The notes: generated by a model from the letters alone, not told the origin. 64,000 bases of DNA from an uncultured cyanobacterium (GCA_963793265.1 CAWBZI010000007.1:406652-470651), one strand, 5' to 3'; counted from the stretch's first letter, positions 49,858-60,038 are shown. Program-made: numbers and translations.

Positions 49858-49902
49858 AAGGACTATTCCTGATTAATGTACATGTAAGATAGGAGAACAT
49901 TT

Positions 49903-50370
49903 ATGATACGTCTACGAAGATATAATCTAGAGGATTGGGATGCCATTGCTGAAATCCATGATCGCGCAAGACTAGATGAACTGAAGGCTTCAGTGGGAAC
50001 CGAAGCGTTCTTGTCATTAGCGGCTACGGCTGAGGAGGAAGAATTATTTGCAGGAGAAGTCTGGGTCGCTTGCTGCGATCAGTCCATACTTGGATTTGTT
50101 GCTTTTGCCGATGACGAGGTGAATTGGCTGTATGTATCGCCGAGCCATTACCGTCAAGGAATTGGAAGGTTACTGCTACGACACGCCATTAGCCGATGTG
50201 GTAAAACCGTGGGTACTTCTGTGCTGAGCGGTAATGATGCAGCCTTGCAGCTTTATCTAAGCGAAGGGTTTCAGATTGTAGAGACAAAGACAGGCAGGCT
50301 AAATGGAAATGAGGCTTTTCCAGCTACCGGACATATGCTTGAGCTAAACAAGCAATTGTTAACGTCTTGA
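49903..50370 (+). CDS. GNAT-family N-acetyltransferase
   Basis: LYVSP...RQGIG, N.AA..LY...GF. Confidence 0.85.
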   Translation: MIRLRRYNLEDWDAIAEIHDRARLDELKASVGTEAFLSLAATAEEEELFAGEVWVACCDQSILGFVAFADDEVNWLYVSPSHYRQGIGRLLLRHAISRCGKTVGTSVLSGNDAALQLYLSEGFQIVETKTGRLNGNEAFPATGHMLELNKQLLTS

Positions 50371-50380
50371 AGGTGAACTC

Positions 50381-50651
50381 ATGAGCCGAATTGTTCTGAC
50401 TACGTGGGGTTCATTGGGCGATTTGCATTGATGGCGATGATCAGCCCGACAACGCAGCGCGAGTTCAGCGGCTAGAAATCTCTCGCACCCTTAGTCGCAA
50501 ACATCTTTTAGTATCACGACTGACACAGGAACTGAAAGCGCTCACCGAGCTTCCCAGCTACGCAATCAAAGCAACAGAAATCGGACGTATAATGAGATCC
50601 GAAAATGGTATAGCCTGCGATGCCATAGAAAAGAAGATTGAAAGAGGTTGA
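50381..50651 (+). pseudogene. GT1 (UDP-glycosyltransferase) remnant with large internal deletion
   Basis: MSRIVLTTWGSLGDLH* joined directly to C-terminal DQPDNAARVQRL...ENG.ACDAIE*. Confidence 0.75.
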
Positions 50652-50655
50652 ACCG

Positions 50656-51210
50656 ATGCCGTCCGATATTATTCTGATTGGCCCTCAAACGGCTGGGAAA
50701 TCTACCGTTGGTGCACTTCTCGCAACCCGCCTTGGCTTGCCACAATGCTCAATGGATGAGTATCGCTGGCGCTATTACAAAGAGATCGGCTATAGCGAAG
50801 CTTTGGCAAAAGAAAAACGAGAAGCTGAAGGAGCCTGGGGCATTATTCAGTATTGGAAACCTTTTGAGGCGTATGCTGTAGAATGCCTGCTCATGGAACA
50901 TACAAATTGCGTGATTGACTTTGGTGCGGGTCACTCTGTGTATGACGATCTTACGCTGTTTAGAAGGGTCGAGCAAGCATTATCAAGCTATCCTAACGTT
51001 GTCCTTCTACTGCCATCACCCAATCTAGAAGAATCGATAGACATTTTAGCCGAACGCAACCGACACCTGCCAAAAGACATCTGTAACACCAACGAATACT
51101 TTATAAGACATCCCTCGAACAGCAAGCTGGCTAAGTATACGGTGTACACAAAGTCAAAAACACCGCAAGAAACCTGCCATGAAGTCTTGCGGCTGGTCAA
51201 CATTTTATAG
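50656..51210 (+). CDS. Shikimate-kinase-like P-loop protein
   Basis: LIGPQTAGKST, VIDFGAG. Confidence 0.75.
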   Translation: MPSDIILIGPQTAGKSTVGALLATRLGLPQCSMDEYRWRYYKEIGYSEALAKEKREAEGAWGIIQYWKPFEAYAVECLLMEHTNCVIDFGAGHSVYDDLTLFRRVEQALSSYPNVVLLLPSPNLEESIDILAERNRHLPKDICNTNEYFIRHPSNSKLAKYTVYTKSKTPQETCHEVLRLVNIL

Positions 51211-51380
51211 CAATCGCCCACCAAAAGATGACTCTTGGCATCTGTAAGAGTTTGTCTACTGTGTTAAGGCTTGCGAACATTCTCTCGAACGATAGCCAAG
51301 TCACAAAAGCAGCCACACCGCTTTCTGCGATTCCAACCCAGAACAGTATCTTGCTGTGTCAGGTTCGACCCGCTTCCGGT

Positions 51381-52493
51381 TCATATCTCTTGAGATCTTT
51401 CGAAGACAATGGTGGCCAAGTTTTTGCTAACTTTTTCTGCTGGTGCGTTCTCAACGTTTGCCAAAACGCCGACAGTCAACTTCTCTTCAGGATAGTAGGC
51501 CAGAGAAGAAGCAAATCCATGAATGCTGCCATTGTGGTGCATCACCTGACGATCTAAATAGGTGTCGTGTACAAGGCCATAGCCATAGAAAGCATCTGGG
51601 CTAGGTCTATCCAGATCCATCGCTATCACGGGTCTGGTAAGTAGTGCAACAGATCTAGAGCTTAAGAAAGGCTGCTCCGAAGGGGTTCTATAGAGCCATT
51701 GATGCCAGATTGCTAAATCTTCGACTGTCGAATACAGGCCGCCAGCCCCTTGAGGCAGGCTCATATCGATGGGTTCTGCCTGTAGATAGCTCTGATTGCC
51801 TAAGGCGAGATACCCCTGAGCCAGATTAGGAATCACTGCTTTGGGTACTTCGTAGCCCGTATTATTCATACCCAGAGGCGCAAAAAGATTGACCTGCATA
51901 TAGTCAGCATAGGACTGACCTGAAACCGTTTCAATGATTTGAGTAAGCAACACATAGCCAGAATTGCTGTACAGGAACGCAGCGCCTGGCTCAAATATGA
52001 GCGGCAAGTCTTTGAAGCGATCTATCGCCTGCTCTAGGGTAGCGGGTAATCTAATCCATTCGGCAATGTCGGGAAAGATTTCAGAATTTAGGCAGTCAGG
52101 AATGCCCGCTGAATGAGTGAGAAGATGATGAATAGTGATGCGATCGCTATGGTTTTTGTTTTGTAGAGAGTGAGGCAGATAGGCTGCGATAGGCGCTTGC
52201 ACATCTAACAAGCCATGCTGCTGAAGCTGCAATATGGCCGCTGCTGTAAACTGCTTGGTAATCGAAGCGATCCGAAATTTAGTATTGGCGGTATTGGGCA
52301 CCCAATGTTCTCGGTTCGCTAAGCCATAGCTACGAATAATGGCAGTTCCTGGCCCTTGGCTGACTATCGCGTTCCCAGAAAAACGGCATCCTTCTTCTCT
52401 CTCAGCAGATGCTAGATAATCATCTATTGCGTTGATAGTGTTTGTACTAAAGGGCGTGACTATGGTTGAGCTAGCCGTCAACATCGCAGTCAT
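51381..52493 (-). CDS. Serine hydrolase, beta-lactamase/AmpC-like family
   Basis: SITK (SxxK), LLTHSAG, YSN, HNG. Confidence 0.88.
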   Translation of the reverse strand: MTAMLTASSTIVTPFSTNTINAIDDYLASAEREEGCRFSGNAIVSQGPGTAIIRSYGLANREHWVPNTANTKFRIASITKQFTAAAILQLQQHGLLDVQAPIAAYLPHSLQNKNHSDRITIHHLLTHSAGIPDCLNSEIFPDIAEWIRLPATLEQAIDRFKDLPLIFEPGAAFLYSNSGYVLLTQIIETVSGQSYADYMQVNLFAPLGMNNTGYEVPKAVIPNLAQGYLALGNQSYLQAEPIDMSLPQGAGGLYSTVEDLAIWHQWLYRTPSEQPFLSSRSVALLTRPVIAMDLDRPSPDAFYGYGLVHDTYLDRQVMHHNGSIHGFASSLAYYPEEKLTVGVLANVENAPAEKVSKNLATIVFERSQEI

Positions 52494-52574
52494 ATAAAAT
52501 TCCTCCTATTTGTGAAGTTTTAATCACTTGCCTTGAAGTGTATCGATGAAGTCGGAAAGGCTCCAGAGAAAGAA

Positions 52575-52601
52575 GTCATGCAGTATCATGACTTTTGTCA
52601 T
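52575..52601. promoter_or_regulatory. Motif B between the serine hydrolase and kinase
   Basis: GTCAT-N8-ATGAC-TTTT-GTCAT, with TACGAT 23 bp downstream. Confidence 0.72.
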
Positions 52602-52672
52602 GGTGATTGCCCTCAAACTTGCCGTACGATTGAGAGTTAGGAGGACGTATCGGTAACGCATGAGGGAAAGGC

Positions 52673-53887
52673 ATGACTCAAACAAGCGAAAAAGCAGGCC
52701 GCTTATCTACCCCCAAAGTTTTAAGGTACGTAGAGTGGATGTTTCTAGGAATTCTGATCCTAAGAATGCTGTTCCCACTGTTGTATAAGCCCTTGGGATA
52801 CGAAGTCTCTAGCGGCGACTATGTTGTCTTATGCGTTGTTGCTTTGTTTGTTTCTCTTAGCTTCCGGTTTCCAATCGATCGCCCGCTATGGCAAAAGCGA
52901 GCTTACCTGTGGGTAGAAATTGGTGCTCTCTTATTGACACGCCTGTTCTCTCTGTGGGGCTTGGATCTATTTTTGTGGTTTGTGCTGGTCAAAAGCTGCT
53001 TTCTACTGAACCGAAGAGAGGTGATTTTTACAGCAGTTACCTCTGGTGTGGCTTGGCAGATAGCGCTGTGGCATTACGGAATGGAGTACCTTTCTAGACC
53101 GATTGAGGAAGCGATGGCAGAGGTAGAGGCGATGTATCAGACGCCTCAGTCTGTTCAGGTACTCGATTTTGTGTTGAATAGTACGGCTATTTTCATTGCG
53201 GCTAATTCGCTGATTATATTCTTGTGCTTGACCATTGTCTCTGAGCGTAAAAGCCGTCAGAGAGAAGCGGTACTCACCCAAGAGGTAGAGCTACTAGCTG
53301 CCGACTTAGAACGAACTCGCATTGCCCGCGATATCCACGATACGATCGGACATACGCTCACCTCCTTAGATGTTCAGCTAGAGCTAGCCCAGCGGCTATA
53401 CGAGCAAAATACGGAGCAGGCGAGAAAAGCGCTCGACACTTCTAAGATTCTCTCTAAACAGTCGTTGCAGGAAGTGCGCCGAGCAGTTGCTACACTAAGA
53501 GAGGAGGCTTTTGATCTAAATGCTGCGCTTGCTCGCCTGATAGTGCCTTTCAAATCCGATCCTGATTTAGTCGTAGAAAATAAGCTGAATATACCAAGAC
53601 TATCGCTTCAAATAGAGCATCAGCTCTATTGTATTGTCAAAGAAGGACTCGAAAACATTCGCCGTCATGCGAAGGCGAGCAGCATTAGCCTGCGTACTAA
53701 GACGTCACCCGAAAATATTGTTGTCTACATTGAAGATAATGGCATTGGCTTTAATCTATCATCGATCGGGTCTGGATTTGGCCTGAGAGGAATACAGGAG
53801 CGAGCACAGGCCATCAATGGCTGTATAAAGATCGATAGTGCTCCCAAACAAGGAACTTGCATTCAGATTATGGTGCCCTATGATTAA
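52673..53887 (+). CDS. Membrane sensor kinase, HisKA_3
   Basis: ERTRIARDIHDTIGH, DNGIGF, GFGLRGIQER. Confidence 0.9.
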   Translation: MTQTSEKAGRLSTPKVLRYVEWMFLGILILRMLFPLLYKPLGYEVSSGDYVVLCVVALFVSLSFRFPIDRPLWQKRAYLWVEIGALLLTRLFSLWGLDLFLWFVLVKSCFLLNRREVIFTAVTSGVAWQIALWHYGMEYLSRPIEEAMAEVEAMYQTPQSVQVLDFVLNSTAIFIAANSLIIFLCLTIVSERKSRQREAVLTQEVELLAADLERTRIARDIHDTIGHTLTSLDVQLELAQRLYEQNTEQARKALDTSKILSKQSLQEVRRAVATLREEAFDLNAALARLIVPFKSDPDLVVENKLNIPRLSLQIEHQLYCIVKEGLENIRRHAKASSISLRTKTSPENIVVYIEDNGIGFNLSSIGSGFGLRGIQERAQAINGCIKIDSAPKQGTCIQIMVPYD

Positions 53888-54518
53888 ACTCTTAATCGTC
53901 GACGACCAAATTATCTTTCGTCAAGGACTCTCTTCTTTGCTATCGCTAGAGGATGACTTGGAGGTCGTAGGAGAAGCAGGTCATGGTCAAGAAGCGATCG
54001 CACTCGCTGCTACCCAACAGCCAGACGTTATCTTAATGGATGTGAGGATGCCTGTGTGCAACGGCGTACAGGCTACGAAGGAAATTCACGCTCGCTACCC
54101 TTGGATTCGAATTCTGGTCTTGACAACTTTCGATGACGACGAATATGTTTTTCAATCTCTGCAAGCAGGCGCTTTGGGCTATCTATTGAAAAGCACGTCC
54201 GCGCAAGAGGTCGCAGAAGCCATTCGCAATTTGCACAGAGGCTACAGTCAGCTAGGGCCCACTATCGCACCAAAAGTATTTTCTCACATAAACACTAACA
54301 CGGAAGTAAAAAAGGCCGACTATCACAGTCAGTTTAGTGAGAGAGAATTAGATATTCTAAAACAGCTTGGACAGGGAAAGCGTAACCGAGAGATCGCTGA
54401 AAACCTAAACCTGACTGAAGGCACGATCAAGAACCATCTGACGAATATTTTTTGCCAGTTGGATGTACGCGATCGCACTCAGGCCGCCCTGTGGGCACGC
54501 GACCATTTGCAGCTATAG
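53880..54518 (+). CDS. NarL/LuxR-family response regulator
   Basis: LMDVRMP, LTTFDD, NREIA..L.LTEGTIKNH. Confidence 0.92.
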   Translation: MIKLLIVDDQIIFRQGLSSLLSLEDDLEVVGEAGHGQEAIALAATQQPDVILMDVRMPVCNGVQATKEIHARYPWIRILVLTTFDDDEYVFQSLQAGALGYLLKSTSAQEVAEAIRNLHRGYSQLGPTIAPKVFSHINTNTEVKKADYHSQFSERELDILKQLGQGKRNREIAENLNLTEGTIKNHLTNIFCQLDVRDRTQAALWARDHLQL

Positions 54519-54565
54519 TCTCGACTGATTGTCATTGTTTGGTTTTATGCATCGCTAGAACTACG

Positions 54566-54592
54566 ATGACTTTTGTAATCAAAAAAGGTGAC
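54566..54592. promoter_or_regulatory. Motif B (reverse orientation, degenerate)
   Basis: ATGAC-TTTT-GTAAT-N8-GTGAC upstream of the hydrolase pseudogene. Confidence 0.55.
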
Positions 54593-54796
54593 TCTCCGGT
54601 ATGGGAAACGCATAGTCAGAATAGCTAAAGTTTACGTCGTTGTACGTCCTTTAGCGTAAGTCTATTAATGATAATCTTTGTTCTTATCTCGTTTTTACCT
54701 TTCATCAGCGCCCTGCTGCAGCCGACCCTTTGCGCTCAGCAGCTCAGCAGTAATCTTCTACTTTAATCTTCTACTTTTTCTGACCATAGACCAACA

Positions 54797-55742
54797 ATGC
54801 ATCTAAACAATAATTCAAACCGCCTTCGACAGTCGTTGAAGGCGGTAGCAACCGCTTTGTTTTCTAGTATGGCGGTCGCACTACCCGCAGTCTCTGCCGA
54901 AAAAAACTACTTTGACTACGGCTATCTAGAGCGAGCAATCTCTACCGACTAGGATTGACGGGCTAATTCAAACGCGAGGGCGTCAAAATGGACATCAGGC
55001 AATCCGGGGTGCGCTAGTTTCAGCCGCCGCCGATCCAAACAGACTGTCGGTAATGAACGTTGTCCGCTTTTATCCAACAGAAGCAGTACGATTGAACCTG
55101 TCTAAGATTCTGGATTTGTCTCGCAGCATTAGCGCTAATGAAAGAGCAACTGAACAGCTTGTGACTATGGCTATTGAGCAGTCTGAAGCTGCAGCACTAC
55201 AAGATTCTTCTATTGATTACAGGGCTCTACCAGTTCTGTCAGATATAGCTCAGTTTGAAGTCATAAAACAGCCTTTAATACTAGACGATCGGAGCCGTGA
55301 TCGTACCTATGCCGCAGATTTATACCTATCTCCCACGGCCATGGCGATGATCGGCACCTATCTGATACGGTTACTTTGGCTGAACGCTTAGCAGCTAACG
55401 GATTTGCGGTAGCAGTGTTAGAGCATATCGGCAGTAACAGAGACTATAGGAGAAACCTGTCTCTCGGACTAACGCATGAATCATTTGAGGCTGTGTCGTT
55501 TATCAATCGGCCTTTGGACATCACATTTTTACTCGATACCTTAGAGCAGAAAAATAGCGCTGAGTTCCAAGCTCGTCTCCAGCTAGATCGTGTCTGCGTG
55601 ATCGGCCGCTCATTAGGCGGATATACTGCCCTCGCCGCAGCTGGTGCTACCGTTGATATTGAGCGGTTGCAGTCTCAGTGCGATCCAGAGGCAGAATTCA
55701 CGCCCGATACGGTCAATATGGCGCTGTTGATTCAGTGCCGCG
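54797..55742 (+). pseudogene. DUF1400 alpha/beta hydrolase, fragmented
   Basis: Signal + AEKNYFDYGYLERAIS*, later fragments DRSRDR, LA.NGFAV..LEH.GS, FINRPLDI, GRSLGG in different frames. Confidence 0.8.
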
Positions 55743-55744
55743 AG

Positions 55745-55997
55745 CATCTACTCCAGCAAAAACGACCCAGATGGTGCTGTCGTTCAACAACGACCGGTAG
55801 CCTGCCTGTAAACCGCCGCCAAAGTTACCGTCATTGTCTATGCTCACAAGGCCATCGAGATTCTCCCAGGGAGAGGCTGCGCCATCGCCTCAGCCGAAAT
55901 AGCCAATATACTCGCTAAAGACAAGCAATAGCTCAAACCCGCGCGCGTCCAGTCGTTTCAGAATTCGTGATTGAGTATGACGAGAACTAGTTTTCAT
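55745..55997 (-). pseudogene. Remnant of an exported protein, possibly inverse-autotransporter-like beta domain
   Basis: Frameshifted pieces: signal-like LSYCLSLASILAISAEAMAQP and LDGLVSIDNDGNFGGGLQAGYRSL...IW.VFAGVD; motif C lies upstream. Confidence 0.45.
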
Positions 55998-56057
55998 GTG
56001 AATAACATCCAACAGTAATTGACAACAAAAAACGTTTGCATGTTCCTCTATACCTTT

Positions 56058-56116
56058 ATTAGACGCGGCGAAAGGTTACGTTAAAGGCTAAGAAAAAGCT
56101 GGCTCGTGGCTAACTT
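56058..56116 (-). promoter_or_regulatory. Motif C promoter
   Basis: Minus strand AAGTTAGCC...TAGCC..TAACGTA-N13-TCTAAT. Confidence 0.6.
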
Positions 56117-56156
56117 ATGACTGAATAGAAAAACAGAAACCATCAGCGCAAAGAGA

Positions 56157-56198
56157 AACTGCCCAGTCAACACTTGTGCGAGCGCTGACTGAGCAGTT
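56157..56198 (-). terminator. Hairpin downstream of the RTX gene
   Basis: aactgcccagtca...tgactgagcagtt. Confidence 0.55.
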
Positions 56199-56258
56199 GA
56201 CAACGGATTACTGTTGTTTAACAGCGTTGTTGCTTTTGTTTACTGTTTGTCTATTGAC

Positions 56259-58142
56259 CTAGATAATCTCAACATGGGTATTGATATCAAAGCTACCAAC
56301 GGGCGCTTCCAGGGTGGCGATTTGAACGCCATCTAGTGCGATCGCGCCACTGCCAGCGTTGTAAGTCAGTGACTCACGAATAGAATCGGCGCTCCCCATA
56401 CGCGCCTGAGGCAGCATATCTTGTTGAATCTGGAGCATGTCGCCTTCAGCAGCGTTGAAGTTTTGAATCACATCAATGCCGCCGAAACCAAGGCCAAAGA
56501 TATCTGCACCGTCGCCGCCGATAAGAGCGTCATTACCGCCGCCACCAATGAGCAAATCAGCACCGCCACCACCGATGAGAATATCGTCACCGCTACCGCC
56601 GATAAGAATGTCGTCACCCGCGCCCCCATCCGCAGTAATGGGTGTTGCCGTACCGCCCCCATTCAGAAAATCATTGCCGTCGCCACCCGAGAAGACAACG
56701 GATTGAACCCCGCTGCCAATGAGGTCACCTACTGTAAACGAGTCATCACCGCCCTGGCCATTAATCTCAAACTGTTCAATCTCTTCGTTCGTTAGGGTAA
56801 ACAAGCCCAGATTGAGTCGATTAAAAATGGCCTGACCATCAACTGCACGCAGGTCAAACTCATCGCCAGCACCGTCAGCACCATTTACCTGGGTGACATC
56901 AAAGCCCTTGCCGCCGTTGATGAAGTCGCTGCCGTCGCCATTGTTCCAGACGAAGCGATCATCGCCATCTTCCAGGTAGGCGGTATCATTTCCTCGCTGA
57001 CCCACCACAATGTCATTGCCACTGCCTGCAAAAAACGTATCTTCGGCAGAGCCGCCCAGCAATAAATCGTCGCCTTCACCGCCAAAAGCCTCGATAGTAG
57101 TAGAACTTTCTCTGGCGTCCAACACATCATTGCCGTCGCCGCCTGAGAAGATAACTTTTTCAACCTCACTGCCAGTGAGATCGCCTACCGTCAGCGAGTC
57201 ATCACCGCCCTGGCCATTGATCTCAAACTGTTCAATCTTCTCGTTAGTCAGGGTAAACAGTCCTAGATTGAGTCGGTTAAAAATGGCCTGACCGTCAACT
57301 GCACGCAGGTCAAACTCATCACCCGCACCATCGGCACCGTTCACCTGGGTGACATCAAAGCCTTTGCCGCCGTTGATAAAATCACTGCCGTCGCCGTTGT
57401 TCCAGATAAAGCGGTCGTCACCTTTTCCTAAAAAGGCGGTATCATCTCCCCGCTGACCCACAACAATATCGTTGCCAGCGCCCGCAGAAAACGTATCTTC
57501 GGCAGAGCCCCCCAGTAACAAATCGTCGCCTTTGCCGCCAAAAGCTTCAAGGGTAGTCGAGCTTTCTCTAGCATCAAGCATATCGTTGCCTTTGCCACCT
57601 TTAAAGACCACTTTTTCAACTCCGGTGCCCGTAAGGTCACCAACGGTCAGTGAGTCATCACCGCCTTTGCCATTAATCTCAAACTGCTCGATCTTTTCGT
57701 TCGTCAGGGTAAACTGGCCCAGATTGAGTCGGTTAAAAATGGCCTGATCTTTCACTCCGCGCAAGTCAAACTCATCGCCAGCACCGCCAGCACCGTTTAC
57801 TTCCGTAACATCAAAGCCTGCGCCACCGTTGATGAAGTCACTGCCGTCGCCGTTATTCCAGATAAAGCGGTCATCACCACTTCCTAAAAAAGCGACATCA
57901 TCGCCGGTTTGACCAATCACAATATCGTTGCCATTCCCGGCAAAAACGACATCAGTGCCACCCCCACCTAAGACAGTATCGTCACCGCCGCTCGCCAGAA
58001 AGATATCGTCTTTATCGCCGCCTTGGAGATTGTCATCCCCGTTGCCACCAATAAAAATGTCACCGAGATTGTCAATTTCAGGGGCGTTTTCAAACAAGTC
58101 ACCGACGATTTCGTTGACCAGGAGCGTTAGAAAGTTGTTCAT
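56259..58142 (-). CDS. RTX/hemolysin-type Ca-binding protein with three 152-aa internal repeats
   Basis: GGxGxD nonapeptides; WNNGDGSD block recurs at exactly 456-bp spacing (56944, 57400, 57856). Confidence 0.9.
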   Translation of the reverse strand: MNNFLTLLVNEIVGDLFENAPEIDNLGDIFIGGNGDDNLQGGDKDDIFLASGGDDTVLGGGGTDVVFAGNGNDIVIGQTGDDVAFLGSGDDRFIWNNGDGSDFINGGAGFDVTEVNGAGGAGDEFDLRGVKDQAIFNRLNLGQFTLTNEKIEQFEINGKGGDDSLTVGDLTGTGVEKVVFKGGKGNDMLDARESSTTLEAFGGKGDDLLLGGSAEDTFSAGAGNDIVVGQRGDDTAFLGKGDDRFIWNNGDGSDFINGGKGFDVTQVNGADGAGDEFDLRAVDGQAIFNRLNLGLFTLTNEKIEQFEINGQGGDDSLTVGDLTGSEVEKVIFSGGDGNDVLDARESSTTIEAFGGEGDDLLLGGSAEDTFFAGSGNDIVVGQRGNDTAYLEDGDDRFVWNNGDGSDFINGGKGFDVTQVNGADGAGDEFDLRAVDGQAIFNRLNLGLFTLTNEEIEQFEINGQGGDDSFTVGDLIGSGVQSVVFSGGDGNDFLNGGGTATPITADGGAGDDILIGGSGDDILIGGGGADLLIGGGGNDALIGGDGADIFGLGFGGIDVIQNFNAAEGDMLQIQQDMLPQARMGSADSIRESLTYNAGSGAIALDGVQIATLEAPVGSFDINTHVEII

Positions 58143-58333
58143 TTTTGGATTTCCTTTAGTTTTTAGAAGGCTGAAAAACACTCTCAGAAAAGCGACGCAA
58201 TTTAATAGCCCTGATGAAAAATCAGGACGGTTTATACGAAGCGTTTTAGTGAGAGAAAGCGTTGAGGTGTGTTACGCCCGAGTAATAGCAGGCGTAACAG
58301 CAGAACGCCCGCTTGCTGCGTTTGCTTGTTTCT

Positions 58334-58391
58334 ATTACACCGTCTGAGAGTCTACGTTACGGGCTACGAAAGGCTGACTTATGGCTAACTT
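58334..58391 (-). promoter_or_regulatory. Motif C promoter of the RTX gene
   Basis: Minus strand AAGTTAGCC-AT-AAGTCAGCC...TAACGTA-N13-TGTAAT. Confidence 0.7.
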
Positions 58392-58445
58392 ACTGCTGCT
58401 GCCGTTGCAGCACAAAATTCTGGCTTACACAACACCAGCCTCGGC

Positions 58446-58997
58446 TTAACCCCTAGTCAACATATCCCTAGTCAACAAAAAGAAAAAGGGGCGTTCCATG
58501 CCTTTAAAGTCCATTAACCCTAGTAGGGTATTGTCATCTACTTTTCTAAATACATCGTTAATGGGTAAGTAGTCGTAACTCATCGTTGCGCTGAGCTTGC
58601 CACGATATTCCATCATCCGAACTCTGGCTTTGCTTTCTTTAGTTCTGAGCAGTTTGCTCATAGCACTATACAGCGGCTTGAGCGATTCCTTCTGAGGCAA
58701 ATCGATACTAAACCCTAAATGAAAAACAGTAGGGTTAGGATCGACCTTATAGATCTTATTCCCGTCAGAAAATAGCAATGGATGAACGCAATCTGGGCTA
58801 ACAAATTCTTTGCCATACCAGCCAACAGTTTCTAGCAACCCATCCATGCGGTGATGCGTATTAAAGCCAGAGCCTTTCCATCGACCCACTATGAAATCGA
58901 GGGTTACGCCCTCTAGCTCGTCAAACAGTGCTAGTGCTTTATCAGTCGTTGTTTCGCCCTGCCACAGGAGGGTGTGGAATTTATCTAAGGTACTCAT
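58446..58997 (-). CDS. GXWXG + DUF4334 domain protein
   Basis: GRWKGSG..T.H.MDGLL...GWYGKEF, SATM.YD.LPI.DVFRKVD. Confidence 0.85.
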   Translation of the reverse strand: MSTLDKFHTLLWQGETTTDKALALFDELEGVTLDFIVGRWKGSGFNTHHRMDGLLETVGWYGKEFVSPDCVHPLLFSDGNKIYKVDPNPTVFHLGFSIDLPQKESLKPLYSAMSKLLRTKESKARVRMMEYRGKLSATMSYDYLPINDVFRKVDDNTLLGLMDFKGMERPFFFLLTRDMLTRG

Positions 58998-59045
58998 ATT
59001 TCTTCTCCAGGATGAGATCGGGCTGTTGAGCGCCGCATTTATCTC

Positions 59046-60038
59046 TTACATCGAGCTGCGATAAAGGCGATCAATGCGCTTGCGATTTTCGCCTAGAACC
59101 CGATCGTGGCGACCTAGCTGCATTTCGCTCAGGGCCATTTTCTTATCGGCCAGGTTCTCTAGGATGTCTATGTCTTTTTTCAGCTCGTAATTCACAAACC
59201 ATCTGATAATTGGCCCTCCCAAGAGCTGAAACATCAGCTTATTGATAGTGGAATTGACGAATACAAATATCATCACACGCGAGCGATCATTGCCAGTGGG
59301 AATATAGAAGACGACTAACTTCACCTGTATGCGTCTTGGCTTGTCTGTAACAGTATCGATCCAGGACTGATCAAACGTGCTATACACAGGGGAGAAGTAA
59401 GTCTTCCAATCGTTTACGAACTGGTCGCCTGAGTGGACGTTGAAAAATATTTTTTCGACTAGCCAAGGTAAAGGCTGCTGAGATCCTTTATTGATAACGC
59501 GGACAGTATCGTCTGTTGTTTCTATGTGGCTTTTAATCTTGGCTAAGTTCTCGTAAGAATAGCCAAAGTAAGTATGCGTGGTGGGATTATGCTCAATATC
59601 TGAGAAGTTATCGACGACCACTTCTAAAGGAGCCTGAATGTCTTGCGTAACGACACCTGCAAATAAATGATCTTGAAGGTTGAAGTCTGGGAAAATGGCA
59701 GACGAGGCAGCCGATTTTATCCAAATAATGCCATACCGCTCAATGACTGAAAATGAAGAGACGCAAGGCTTGAGCTTCGGTGTGCTAGGGCTGATACCTT
59801 TGCCATCAGCTGCGTACCGCCAAGCGTGATAAGGGCAAACAATTTCGTCATTCTCCACCCACCCTTGGCTGAGCCGCATACCACGGTGAGGGCAACGATT
59901 TTTTAATGCCCCGATGCTGCCTGTCGCGCTACGAAACAATACTATCTCTTCATTACATAGCTGAACTAAAACAGGCTTACGCTTTAGCTGGCTGCTTTTG
60001 ATGGTGGGATGCCAGTGGTTAAGTAATGTCATGGCCAA
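59046..60038 (-). CDS. Rieske non-heme iron oxygenase
   Basis: CPH...CPYH Rieske ligands; NFSDIEH...TH mononuclear iron motif. Confidence 0.88.
   Translation of the reverse strand: MAMTLLNHWHPTIKSSQLKRKPVLVQLCNEEIVLFRSATGSIGALKNRCPHRGMRLSQGWVENDEIVCPYHAWRYAADGKGISPSTPKLKPCVSSFSVIERYGIIWIKSAASSAIFPDFNLQDHLFAGVVTQDIQAPLEVVVDNFSDIEHNPTTHTYFGYSYENLAKIKSHIETTDDTVRVINKGSQQPLPWLVEKIFFNVHSGDQFVNDWKTYFSPVYSTFDQSWIDTVTDKPRRIQVKLVVFYIPTGNDRSRVMIFVFVNSTINKLMFQLLGGPIIRWFVNYELKKDIDILENLADKKMALSEMQLGRHDRVLGENRKRIDRLYRSSM

Noticed and set aside
50656..51210. aroK assignment
   Set aside because: The P-loop and fold are similar but typical shikimate kinase motifs are not evident; left as kinase-like
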